Virus record (IMG/VR): IMGVR_UViG_3300021256_000026 | Location: 1-44,160 of that record | DNA length: 44,160 nt | Origin: a virus | Reading direction: 5' to 3' (one strand) | In this document: piece by piece, positions 17,143 to 24,925 of the stretch | How positions within the stretch are numbered: the stretch's first letter is position 1 | Layout of the letters: every line of letters starts with the position of its first letter | Program-made: the position numbers and the translations under genes | The notes under the pieces: model-generated | The model's input: the letters and a program-made list of their open reading frames with translations, nothing else | Databases searched by the model: none | What the model was told of the DNA's origin: nothing

Positions 17143-17532
17143 ATGTTTAGAAACGATAGATTTGAAAGTGAGGTGAAGAGAATCGGCAAACAAAAGGTTC
17201 TTGAAGAACTGTTCAAAGGTGGTTCTGAATCTAAAATCAACCACTACTATGAAGATGGAGTCAACATAAGGCTTGACAAGTTAGAAGCCTTCTGCAGATA
17301 TTTCAGCAAACCCGTTGATTTCTTCGTTGATCTGAGCGATGGCAAGAGCACCAGTTACGAAAGTGACAGGTTTGTTAGCGAGTCGGGTAATTACCTCGAA
17401 GAGGCGGGGCTGAAACTGGCTCACGCCAAGGAGAAAATCATTCTTTTAGAAAAGATAATCGAATCGAAAGACGAGATTATAACTATCCTCTCGGAAGAGA
17501 ACAAACGTCTTCGAGAATCCAAAAAGGTTTGA
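17143..17532 (+). CDS. CI-like XRE-family HTH repressor with a C-terminal coiled coil
   Basis: HTH_3-like segment KINHYYEDGVNIRLDKLEAFCRYFSKPVDFF. The start was moved from TTG 17119 to ATG 17143 because the -7 box overlaps 17119. Confidence 0.6.
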   Translation: MFRNDRFESEVKRIGKQKVLEELFKGGSESKINHYYEDGVNIRLDKLEAFCRYFSKPVDFFVDLSDGKSTSYESDRFVSESGNYLEEAGLKLAHAKEKIILLEKIIESKDEIITILSEENKRLRESKKV

Positions 17533-17592
17533 GAAAATTCAATAATAATTGAAGTAAATGTTTGAAGCACAAATCAATGTAAAAAAAGACGC

Positions 17593-17782
17593 TCGGACGA
17601 TTTTCGGACAGACGGGTGTCAAAATTCTCATAAAAATCATTAAAAATGTACACGCGTACATATATATATACCGGAATGCAAGGCGTACTTTCCAGTAATC
17701 CCGACCAAAAGAGGGTGGAAACGCTTTGAATGAAAGGGTTTCCACCCTTTGTCGCCCGAAAGTGGTCGGACGAAATTCGGAC
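17593..17782. promoter_or_regulatory. Repeat-bracketed region between repressor and integrase (candidate attP or recombinase-binding region)
   Basis: 17-nt direct repeats TCGGACGAWWTTCGGAC at 17593-17609 and 17766-17782. They bracket a 10-bp-stem inverted repeat (17713-17722/17738-17747), the imperfect palindrome atgtacacgcgtacat and a (TA)n run. Confidence 0.35.
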
Positions 17783-17850
17783 GCACCCGAGTATGGTGAT
17801 TTTTTTGAGTAATAAGAACGTGGTTTGTGTCTTCAAGAAAATTTGAAGAT

Positions 17851-19029
17851 ATGAACAAAAAAAATTTATCTTTGTCAGTTCGGCGCATACCTGTAATAGA
17901 ATGGACTGCGCCGATGTTTCACCAAGGTAAGGAGAACTACGTGGACTTCTACGCCTTTGACCCTGCTGCCGGCAGAATGCGGCGCAAGAAGGTGATGGTT
18001 GACAAGTTCCACACCAAGAAGGCGATGTGCAGTTACGCCAAACAAGTTATTGGCGAACTGACTCAGAAACTGATGCGCGGTTGGAATCCCTGGGTGGAGA
18101 CAAAGAGCGCTGCACAGTTTGTTCCATGGGAGGAGGTGTGCAGCAGATACCACCAGTACGTGGTGAAGTTGAACAACGACCATTCGTTCCGCGACGAGAC
18201 GATGCGCGACTACCTGTCACGTCTGAAGGTTCTTCAGGAGTGGGTGGCCACGTCACACTTCTCTGTGTATTACACCTATCAGTTGGATGAGTTTGTTGTG
18301 CTTCAGTTCCTCGACGAGATGTTCGTTGAGCGCAACTGGTCGCCCCAGACATACAACAACTATGTAGTATGGCTGAAGGGCTTCTGCAGATGGCTTATTG
18401 AGCGTCGGTACATCCACGATGACCCAACTGTAGGCATCAAGAGGGTGCGAAAGACCACGTCGAAGAACCGCACCGTAATTCCGGACCCGGTACTGACTAA
18501 CGTCAGGAAATACCTGGAGGAGCACAACAAGCACTTCCTCCTGGCGTGTCATATCCTCCACTACATGTTCATCCGTCCACATGAGATGTCTCTGCTGAAG
18601 ATAGGCGACTTCCATCTGCAGAAGAAGACGCTGGTGCTGCATGACGACCAGACGAAGAACCGTCAGAGTGCCGTTGTCACCCTGCCCGACCATATAGTGC
18701 GTCTGATGGTGGAACTTGAGGTGTTCCGTCATGCCGACTCCGACTACCTCTTCTCAGATGGTTTTGCACCAGGCAGTAAGTGGCGCGACTCGAAGCAGTT
18801 CCGTGACTACTGGAACAACCATATCCGTAAGGACCTACGCCTTCCTGCGGAATACAAGTTCTACTCTCTGAAGGACACCGGCATCACCAACATGCTGCGC
18901 TCCAACACCGACCCTCTGAGTGTTCGTGACCAGGCACGTCACTCGTCGCTGCTTATAACCAACACGTACACCCCTCTTGACATCAAAGATGCCAATCCGC
19001 TTATACTTGGCTACCGTGGAGTGCTCTGA
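17851..19029 (+). CDS. int: Tyrosine recombinase / phage integrase
   Basis: About 392 aa. The C-terminal catalytic region has RPHEMSLL and ARHSSLLITNTYT (H-x-x-R ... Y). ATG 17851 is preferred over GTG 17827. Confidence 0.8.
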   Translation: MNKKNLSLSVRRIPVIEWTAPMFHQGKENYVDFYAFDPAAGRMRRKKVMVDKFHTKKAMCSYAKQVIGELTQKLMRGWNPWVETKSAAQFVPWEEVCSRYHQYVVKLNNDHSFRDETMRDYLSRLKVLQEWVATSHFSVYYTYQLDEFVVLQFLDEMFVERNWSPQTYNNYVVWLKGFCRWLIERRYIHDDPTVGIKRVRKTTSKNRTVIPDPVLTNVRKYLEEHNKHFLLACHILHYMFIRPHEMSLLKIGDFHLQKKTLVLHDDQTKNRQSAVVTLPDHIVRLMVELEVFRHADSDYLFSDGFAPGSKWRDSKQFRDYWNNHIRKDLRLPAEYKFYSLKDTGITNMLRSNTDPLSVRDQARHSSLLITNTYTPLDIKDANPLILGYRGVL

Positions 19030-19050
19030 AGCCATGCATGACTCTCGCTG

Positions 19051-19126
19051 CTTATGTTACTTTTTGGCACTTTCTTTACCATGATGAAGCGGTTATGTTA
19101 GTTTTTTCCGTTTTCTTACCCTGATG
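19051..19126. repeat. Imperfect tandem repeat (~40-bp period) just downstream of int; candidate arm-type sites
   Basis: cttatgttactttttggcactttctttaccatgatg (19051-19086) compared with ggttatgttagttttttccgttttcttaccctgatg (19091-19126). Confidence 0.5.
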
Positions 19127-19583
19127 TAATGTGAAAGAAAAGACATTTATTTGTCGTTTATCTCGTTTTTTTTACTTGTATGTCATCGTTCTGCGCGGAT
19201 TGCGGTAGATTGTCCCCTGCTGCTTTCCGCCTCTCTTTTTTGCCCGCTGTCGATGTCGTTGACCTTGTTTCATTGTTTCTTCTCCTCGTCGCGGTTGTTG
19301 TGATGGAACATGATGCCGTCATGTTGTTTTTCCGTTTTTGCTGCGTCTGGCGGTTTGATTTTTCCTTAGCAAAGTTAGCACAGCCCACGAACGTCAAGTA
19401 CCGCGTGGCTATTTCTGCAGATTTATTTCCGACACGCTTTCCCCTTTTCAATGAAAAGAGGTATTTCATAAAAAATCTGCGAAATTCCTTGTCTTGTTGT
19501 TTTCCGCTGCATGCAGACAAATTGCACGTAAAAATTACAAAAGCGCCAGTCGCTTCAAGTTAAACTCTTAAAAAACAAGAATC

Positions 19584-19787
19584 ATGACAGCAATCACAAT
19601 CACATCACGTTTCACCACCGCAACAAGGGAAAGAAATACATACTATACAGTAGTAGTCAATGACTTCGACGGCGATAGCAAAGAGTATGAGATAAGCGCT
19701 TCAAGCGAGCAGGAGGCAAGCCGCAAGGCAGAGAACATCGCTCAGAACGAAGGCATCCAAGTAAGTTATATCGAGGTTTACAAATAA
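19584..19787 (+). CDS. Hypothetical small protein (67 aa), moron-like
   Basis: ATG-initiated ORF in a compact plus-strand pair after int. Confidence 0.45.
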   Translation: MTAITITSRFTTATRERNTYYTVVVNDFDGDSKEYEISASSEQEASRKAENIAQNEGIQVSYIEVYK

Positions 19788-19814
19788 AGTCAATCACATT
19801 AAAACATCAAGATT

Positions 19815-20027
19815 ATGAAAACTAAGAGCATCATGGTAGAGAGAGTGAAGTCCAACCGCAGCGAGAGCCGAGTATGGCGAGTTTATATCCCCGGCAGGAA
19901 GAAGTACGAGCAGTACTGCAAGAACGTCAAGAGTGCGTTGCACTACATGTTCCTTGTCAAGAAGCAGACCGGCTTGCCCCTTGACGACAACAGTTACTGC
20001 CGGTTGATGTGGGAGTCGCGCAAGTGA
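19815..20027 (+). CDS. Hypothetical small basic protein (70 aa), moron-like
   Basis: ORF 27 nt after the previous one, followed by the strong hairpin at 20044-20072. Confidence 0.45.
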   Translation: MKTKSIMVERVKSNRSESRVWRVYIPGRKKYEQYCKNVKSALHYMFLVKKQTGLPLDDNSYCRLMWESRK

Positions 20028-20043
20028 CTCCCATTATCATGAG

Positions 20044-20072
20044 CAAGCCCTCGCAATCACTGCGAGGGCTTG
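20044..20072. terminator. 12-bp-stem hairpin between convergent genes (terminator-like, no clear U-run)
   Basis: caagccctcgca-atcac-tgcgagggcttg. Confidence 0.5.
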
Positions 20073-20130
20073 TCGAACAATTACTACTAAACTAAAATTC
20101 AAATACTACTATGAAAAACAAAATTGTGAG

Positions 20131-20499
20131 TTACAAAATTCCAAGTGCTGTGAGTTCTTCTTTCACTTCACCTATGAAGGCATCGTGTTCTTGGACCTCT
20201 TCAATATCTTCGCCCTTGCGTTCCTTCCGGCTCAAGGAAGAGGCGAAAGATGCCACGTCCATCGCGTTGTTCAGCCCGTAAGCAGCCATTTCTGCAGCGT
20301 TGATACACTTTGCTCTTGTTATGGGTATTGGCACTTTCAGTTCCATTGCCCTTGTACCTTCTTCTGTATCTTCATGGAAGATATAGACATTAGCCACCGA
20401 CCCACGTTCGTAGGCCACCACTTTACCGTTTCTCCTTAGGAGTGTTCCCTGTCCGTCTTTGACAGACTCAGGAACCATTACTTTGCTTATAATCATCAT
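20131..20499 (-). CDS. Hypothetical acidic protein (122 aa) overlapping the RT 3' end; possible DGR accessory
   Basis: The ORF overlaps the RT stop by 32 nt. Not Avd-like in composition. Confidence 0.5.
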   Translation of the reverse strand: MMIISKVMVPESVKDGQGTLLRRNGKVVAYERGSVANVYIFHEDTEEGTRAMELKVPIPITRAKCINAAEMAAYGLNNAMDVASFASSLSRKERKGEDIEEVQEHDAFIGEVKEELTALGIL

Positions 20500-21829
20500 C
20501 TATATATGTTAATTGATTGGTGCTCCCCTTAAAGATATACCCGCACTGGTTTTCTATCTCTGCTTCTTCTATGGGCAGTATGTTGGACTTCCCAAATTCC
20601 TTTTCCCATAATTCCATCGACTGAATGAGGCAACTGTAATTCCCGTGAAACTCTCTTGCCTGGATCTTTCCCGTCGGCTGCCCGTCCTTTGTCTCTGGTA
20701 TGCCGATTAGGCACTTTATCCAGTTGGCCACGCCGTCTCCGTTTCTCCTTATCTCATAGTCATAGATTGTGAAGACAGTGTTGTTTTCCGCCAATTCTTT
20801 TACCTCAATCTTCCGCGCATCCATTTTCCTGTCAATGCGCTTTCTTGATGACAGTTCTTGCAATTTCATGTTCCTTTCTATTTTAGTTATCAATCCGAAT
20901 GCGTCCGCGTGCGACAACATGCCGTAGTAACTTGGCCATGCCTTAGAGTCGCTTTTCCGTGCTCTTTTCTCTGTGCTCTTCCTGATGGTAGTATAGCCCT
21001 TATCGTGAGAAGTTATTGTCTTATCCCCGTTTCTATGGAAGACATATCCGCAGAAATCGATGCTCTGCGTCATCGGGAATAACGACACGTCATGTCGTTT
21101 CATTCTTAAACCGAGGTCGTACCACCACCAGTTGCGCAATCTCCATTTCGCTCTCTGCAGTTCTTCTGCAGTTTGCGCCGCAAGGAAATAATTGTCGGCA
21201 TACCTCAGCACCACTGGAGCCATGGAATGCACCATGCAATCCATGTCAAGCATTATGATATGATGCGCCAGCGGTGATGACGGTGTGCCGATAGGAAACT
21301 CTCCATCAGGAGTGAACACCACGTTGACATAGAAGTCAATGAGGCGTTTGTCCTCAATAAGTCGTTTCAGTTTCTTTCGGAATACCTTGACCTTGATATG
21401 CTCATAGCATTTCCTCTGATCGCAAAGCATTCCGTACTTTAGGTCAGTTCTGTCATAGACCAAATGTTTCATCCTTCTCACCACACTTCGTTTTCTCTCC
21501 TTCGTAGTTATTCCGCATCCCTCTTTACAGTTGAGGGCAATTAGCGGGTCATGCTTGTCGTAGATTGGAGTGACATTCAGCACGAAGATTGTCTGCAGTA
21601 CCCTCGTGTACAACGATGGCGAAAGCAATTTTCTCCTTTTCCCGTTGGCGTTCGTTTTTTCGAGACGACGGTACTGCAAATTCTTTACGTAGGAACCATC
21701 GGCAATGTCGTGGAGGAGCATGTCAGCATAAGCATCCTTCTCCTCCATCATGCGCTTGACCTCTGGTTTCCCTCGGTGTCCTCGCGCCGCCTTTTCCATT
21801 GCCTTTAATATTTGTTCTTTCGTAAACAT
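20468..21829 (-). CDS. DGR reverse transcriptase (atypical motifs)
   Basis: RT motifs: RKLLSPSLYTRVLQ (1), MLCDQRKCYEHI (3/A), PIGTPSSPLAHH (4/B), LRYADNYFL (5/C), LGLRMK (6) and IDFCGYVF (7). It lies directly downstream of the TR. Confidence 0.9.
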   Translation of the reverse strand: MFTKEQILKAMEKAARGHRGKPEVKRMMEEKDAYADMLLHDIADGSYVKNLQYRRLEKTNANGKRRKLLSPSLYTRVLQTIFVLNVTPIYDKHDPLIALNCKEGCGITTKERKRSVVRRMKHLVYDRTDLKYGMLCDQRKCYEHIKVKVFRKKLKRLIEDKRLIDFYVNVVFTPDGEFPIGTPSSPLAHHIIMLDMDCMVHSMAPVVLRYADNYFLAAQTAEELQRAKWRLRNWWWYDLGLRMKRHDVSLFPMTQSIDFCGYVFHRNGDKTITSHDKGYTTIRKSTEKRARKSDSKAWPSYYGMLSHADAFGLITKIERNMKLQELSSRKRIDRKMDARKIEVKELAENNTVFTIYDYEIRRNGDGVANWIKCLIGIPETKDGQPTGKIQAREFHGNYSCLIQSMELWEKEFGKSNILPIEEAEIENQCGYIFKGSTNQLTYIDDDYKQSNGS

Positions 21830-21959
21830 TCAAGTGCTTGAGCATGACATCAGCGGTATCTCAACCGCCTTTGCCGGCAGTCTCTTTACATAGAATGCTC
21901 TTACTGCCCTGTCTTATAAATTCGGCACTTCAGGCCACGACACCGACACTCGTCTTTTA

Positions 21960-22070
21960 CACTTCAGCAGACCCAGCATTAGTAGCATTACAATTGGAGG
22001 CCAGGTTATTGCAATTAACCGAGCGCGCCGCATCAATTGCATTAGCAGCATTGCCACGAACACGGAGGCT
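21960..22070 (-). repeat. DGR template repeat (TR)
   Basis: 111 nt aligning to 22224-22334 at an offset of 264 nt. Nine AAY codons in the VR reading frame. Confidence 0.9.
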
Positions 22071-22163
22071 ATGTCGGTACCGTTTTCTCAACCATCCTTT
22101 CCCGTTTCAGTGGGCAGGTCCCTTTGCCTGTCTTGTCGGGAGACGAATGGATTTTAGTTGAGC

Positions 22164-22199
22164 GGTCGACTGCGTCGACCTTTATTGCGACTGCGTCGC
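22164..22199 (-). promoter_or_regulatory. Two GC-rich hairpins downstream of the VR (candidate DGR homing-enhancing structure)
   Basis: ggtcgac-tgc-gtcgacc (22164-22180) and gcgac-tgc-gtcgc (22187-22199). They share the core cgactgcgtcg. Confidence 0.5.
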
Positions 22200-24194
22200 T
22201 GCTGCGCTTTCTACATCGAGAAGCACTTGAGCAGACCCAGCAAGAGTAGCAGTACAAGAGGAGGCCAGGGTAGAGCAATAAACCGAGCGCGCCGCAGCAA
22301 TGGCAGAAGCAGCAGTGCCACGAACACGGAGGCCGGCACGATAGCGATGGTTCGCTGCTGTACCTAAAGACGCCTCCCATGTGTAGCAACATTCTCCTGT
22401 TGTTATGCTTGGCGCCTTCTCCAATTTCCAGACTCCATAAGAAGTCCTTAGACCCACACAATCGCTTTCTGTGAGTTCCGCCTCGCCAAGATGCTCATAG
22501 TCAGACATGAAGTCATAGTCTGCTGTCTGTTCCACCACATGATTGATCCCCTTCCACTTTGTCTGATCACACTCAATGTACTCGCGCACACGATGCGCCG
22601 AGTGCTGGTATGTTGTGACAATCTCCAGTCCACCTCCCATGTACACAAAGTGGTCGCCGCAAAGATTCATTCCCTCTGCTATAGGAGCACGCAAACGACA
22701 CTCTATGTCGAAGGTTACGGCTTGTTTTCCGCTGTTGAAAGCGTGCAGTGTCATTGTACGAGTACGGTACAGACGCGCGTTCATTCTTCCGCTGAGTAGT
22801 GGTGTGGCACCAGTAGGTGTCTGATATGAATACGTCTTTCCATAGAATGTGAAGTCATGACCTGGCGCCACGCCAAGTTCTGCTGCCATAGACAACGCCA
22901 TTTGCGCTTCCATGCAGAACATCTTTGGGGCCTGTCTATTCAGCAAATGTGACATAGAGGTACGGTGTCCGGCATTGTCATAATAGATTGTACTATTACT
23001 AGTCGACCACTGTGTATATGTCCACGCCGAAGCCGTTGACAATTTGTGTCGGACACCGCCATCTGCTAACCAGTTTGTAGCGTTATTGCTCATATCGTTA
23101 GACGATATTCCTGACGAGAACCTCGCTGCCGTATAAAGGTTTTTTGTTCCATAGGCAAGTTCTAGGCAAGTGATAAACGTGTTCCACGGATGCCACCCGC
23201 CCTCTGCCACAGGATACGGCTTTGTCGGGTCTGCGTTGCATGCCCTTGCCTTCTTGGCATTTTTCGCCTGGTTTACCCCGATGCCATCGTCGCCAGGATA
23301 GAGGGCATTATCTCCCTCTACATCGTTATCCAACACTCGGGGATACGTTCCGTCACCGAAGAAAAGTTCACCCGTGCCCGTCAAATCGTTCGTAGGTGCC
23401 AGTCCGTTACATCCCACCTCTCCAGTAGGATAGTCAAAATAAAAACAACGCAGTTGTCCGTTAATTTCCGTACATGGTCCCGCCGCTATTCCTGTGGGAA
23501 CGAGGGGATGCAGCCCCTTCACACCGTCCACCTTGCCATTATCAGCGATGATTCCGTTCAGTTGGCTGCCGTCGGCACCTTCCTCATGATCGAGGAGATA
23601 GACAGTATCCTTGCGTGCTATGAAGATGCTGTATTTTGTTTCGACCGTTTCCCATGGGCGCAGTATGCGCACTTCCTCTCCTTCTGCATTGTAGAGTTTC
23701 TGTGTCATTCCGTACTCATTGTAGAAAGTCTCAGGATTGTATTCTCCGGCATGACAATATAGGTTCTCGTGGTTAGGGTCAAGGTACAGTGTCTGCATGA
23801 GGCACTGTCTCGCCTGTCCCGCTGTTATGCCTATCGTCGGCGCAAACGAACCATCCTCAAAACGAAGAAAGTTGTTTCTCATCAACCAGCCTACTGGACG
23901 TTTCTTCACTTCACCATTCACGGGTGACATGTCAACAAGAACAGGGTACCAGTCAAGAGCAAGAGACACATCGCCATCAACACGCATTGCATCCGGATTC
24001 ATGGTTGCCCATGACTCCCAACGTCCTACGCAATACTTATTTGATGTTGTCGCCTTGCTGGTGATTTGCCTTATCTTGTCGCCGTACTCGGAGAGTTTGG
24101 CGTTCCCAACAGGAACATCGTTCTCCTCGATGGCAGCCTTAATGTCTGCCTTGCTTTCAAGTATTCTTCGGAGTTTTTCTTTAATTGTTGCCAT
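22182..24194 (-). CDS. DGR target protein: tail-fibre / receptor-binding-like, variable C-terminus
   Basis: 670 aa at the distal end of the tail module. The VR encodes residues GLRVRGTAASAIAAARSVYCSTLASSCTATLAGSAQV, ending 13 codons before the stop. Confidence 0.85.
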   Translation of the reverse strand: MATIKEKLRRILESKADIKAAIEENDVPVGNAKLSEYGDKIRQITSKATTSNKYCVGRWESWATMNPDAMRVDGDVSLALDWYPVLVDMSPVNGEVKKRPVGWLMRNNFLRFEDGSFAPTIGITAGQARQCLMQTLYLDPNHENLYCHAGEYNPETFYNEYGMTQKLYNAEGEEVRILRPWETVETKYSIFIARKDTVYLLDHEEGADGSQLNGIIADNGKVDGVKGLHPLVPTGIAAGPCTEINGQLRCFYFDYPTGEVGCNGLAPTNDLTGTGELFFGDGTYPRVLDNDVEGDNALYPGDDGIGVNQAKNAKKARACNADPTKPYPVAEGGWHPWNTFITCLELAYGTKNLYTAARFSSGISSNDMSNNATNWLADGGVRHKLSTASAWTYTQWSTSNSTIYYDNAGHRTSMSHLLNRQAPKMFCMEAQMALSMAAELGVAPGHDFTFYGKTYSYQTPTGATPLLSGRMNARLYRTRTMTLHAFNSGKQAVTFDIECRLRAPIAEGMNLCGDHFVYMGGGLEIVTTYQHSAHRVREYIECDQTKWKGINHVVEQTADYDFMSDYEHLGEAELTESDCVGLRTSYGVWKLEKAPSITTGECCYTWEASLGTAANHRYRAGLRVRGTAASAIAAARSVYCSTLASSCTATLAGSAQVLLDVESAAATQSQ
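22224..22334 (-). repeat. DGR variable repeat (VR)
   Basis: It differs from the TR at 16 of 111 positions. 15 of these are at template adenines (T on the plus strand). Confidence 0.9.
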
Positions 24195-24207
24195 ATATTT
24201 GAGTTTG

Positions 24208-24215
24208 CAAAGGTA
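24208..24215 (-). promoter_or_regulatory. -7 promoter box (TACCTTTG) upstream of the DGR target gene
   Basis: Plus-strand caaaggta, 13 nt upstream of ATG 24194. Confidence 0.45.
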
Positions 24216-24253
24216 AGTATAATTTATTTAATTTAGGGCATCCTAGAAAAATT

Positions 24254-24907
24254 TTAATTATCTCCCTGCTCGTCATCAACGAGTTCTGGATCAGGTGTTG
24301 GCGACCAATTCCCCTCTCCGTTTATCTCGTCGAGAATGTCGGATATATCCCCTATTAGTTCCTCCATTCTCGCGATTTCGTTCGACACTGTATTATGCAT
24401 CTCTACTTTGAGGTTTGCAAAGTTCTCCTGCCTTTGAGCCTCGTTCTGCACGAGCATTCGATTAACGTTCTGAGTGTCAGATACTAGAGTCTCGAGAGTG
24501 GTTTTTAGCGGAGTCAGGTCATTCTTAAGTGTTGTCAACTGCGAGACGAGAGCCTGCATGCCTGGTACAGCATTAGCAATCTCGTCTTCCAGAGTGCTTT
24601 TAAGGTTAGCAATCCAACCGCTCACTGTTGTCTGAAGCGCATCGATGCGTGCGCCAGTGGTGCCGTTTATTTCGCTCTTCAGGGATTGCAGAGCGGAATA
24701 GATGACGAGGTTTTTGACGAAGTTAGTCGATGTAGGGCTGATTTCATCGTCCCCCACGCTGGGTAGGTTGTCTATTTCTTCCAATATCGCCTGAAGTCGG
24801 AGGCCTATGCCTTCGATTACCCCACCTACACGTTCGGCGGTGTTTCCTCCTTCGGTGGTTTCCCCCGCGATTTGCTGTCCAATCTGTATAATCTCTTGTG
24901 GTGTCAT
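24254..24907 (-). CDS. Coiled-coil tail-fibre-associated protein (217 aa)
   Basis: Heptad-like Leu/Glu-rich sequence immediately upstream of the receptor-binding-like gene. Confidence 0.55.
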   Translation of the reverse strand: MTPQEIIQIGQQIAGETTEGGNTAERVGGVIEGIGLRLQAILEEIDNLPSVGDDEISPTSTNFVKNLVIYSALQSLKSEINGTTGARIDALQTTVSGWIANLKSTLEDEIANAVPGMQALVSQLTTLKNDLTPLKTTLETLVSDTQNVNRMLVQNEAQRQENFANLKVEMHNTVSNEIARMEELIGDISDILDEINGEGNWSPTPDPELVDDEQGDN

Positions 24908-24925
24908 AATGTATATATGTTAATG

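Larger units (their letters stand above)
20131..24215 (-). other. Diversity-generating retroelement cassette (promoter, target gene with VR, TR, RT, downstream ORF)
   Basis: See the component features. TR/VR mismatches are restricted to adenines. Confidence 0.9.

Noticed and set aside
17849-17866. An 18-nt identity (atatgaacaaaaaaaatt) shared between the integrase start region and 38319-38336
   Set aside because: Half of the match is an A8 homopolymer in AT-rich context. There is no extended flanking similarity and no obvious functional link.
19158-19563. ORFs 19158-19520 (-) and 19180-19563 (+) downstream of int
   Set aside because: They are mutually overlapping, low-complexity (T-rich DNA giving Phe/Leu/Lys/Arg-rich peptides), and located in the repeat-containing att-like region.
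20131-20499. Calling the 122-aa ORF downstream of the RT an Avd accessory protein
   Set aside because: Avd proteins are basic helical bundles encoded between the target gene and the TR. This ORF is acidic, its first half looks beta-rich, and it lies on the other side of the RT. It is kept only as an unassigned possible accessory.
21838-22461. ORFs 21838-22161 (+), 22158-22367 (+) and 22069-22461 (-)
   Set aside because: They lie over the TR, the spacer and the VR of the DGR. Their open frames are by-products of the repeated GC-rich sequence and of the real target gene frame.
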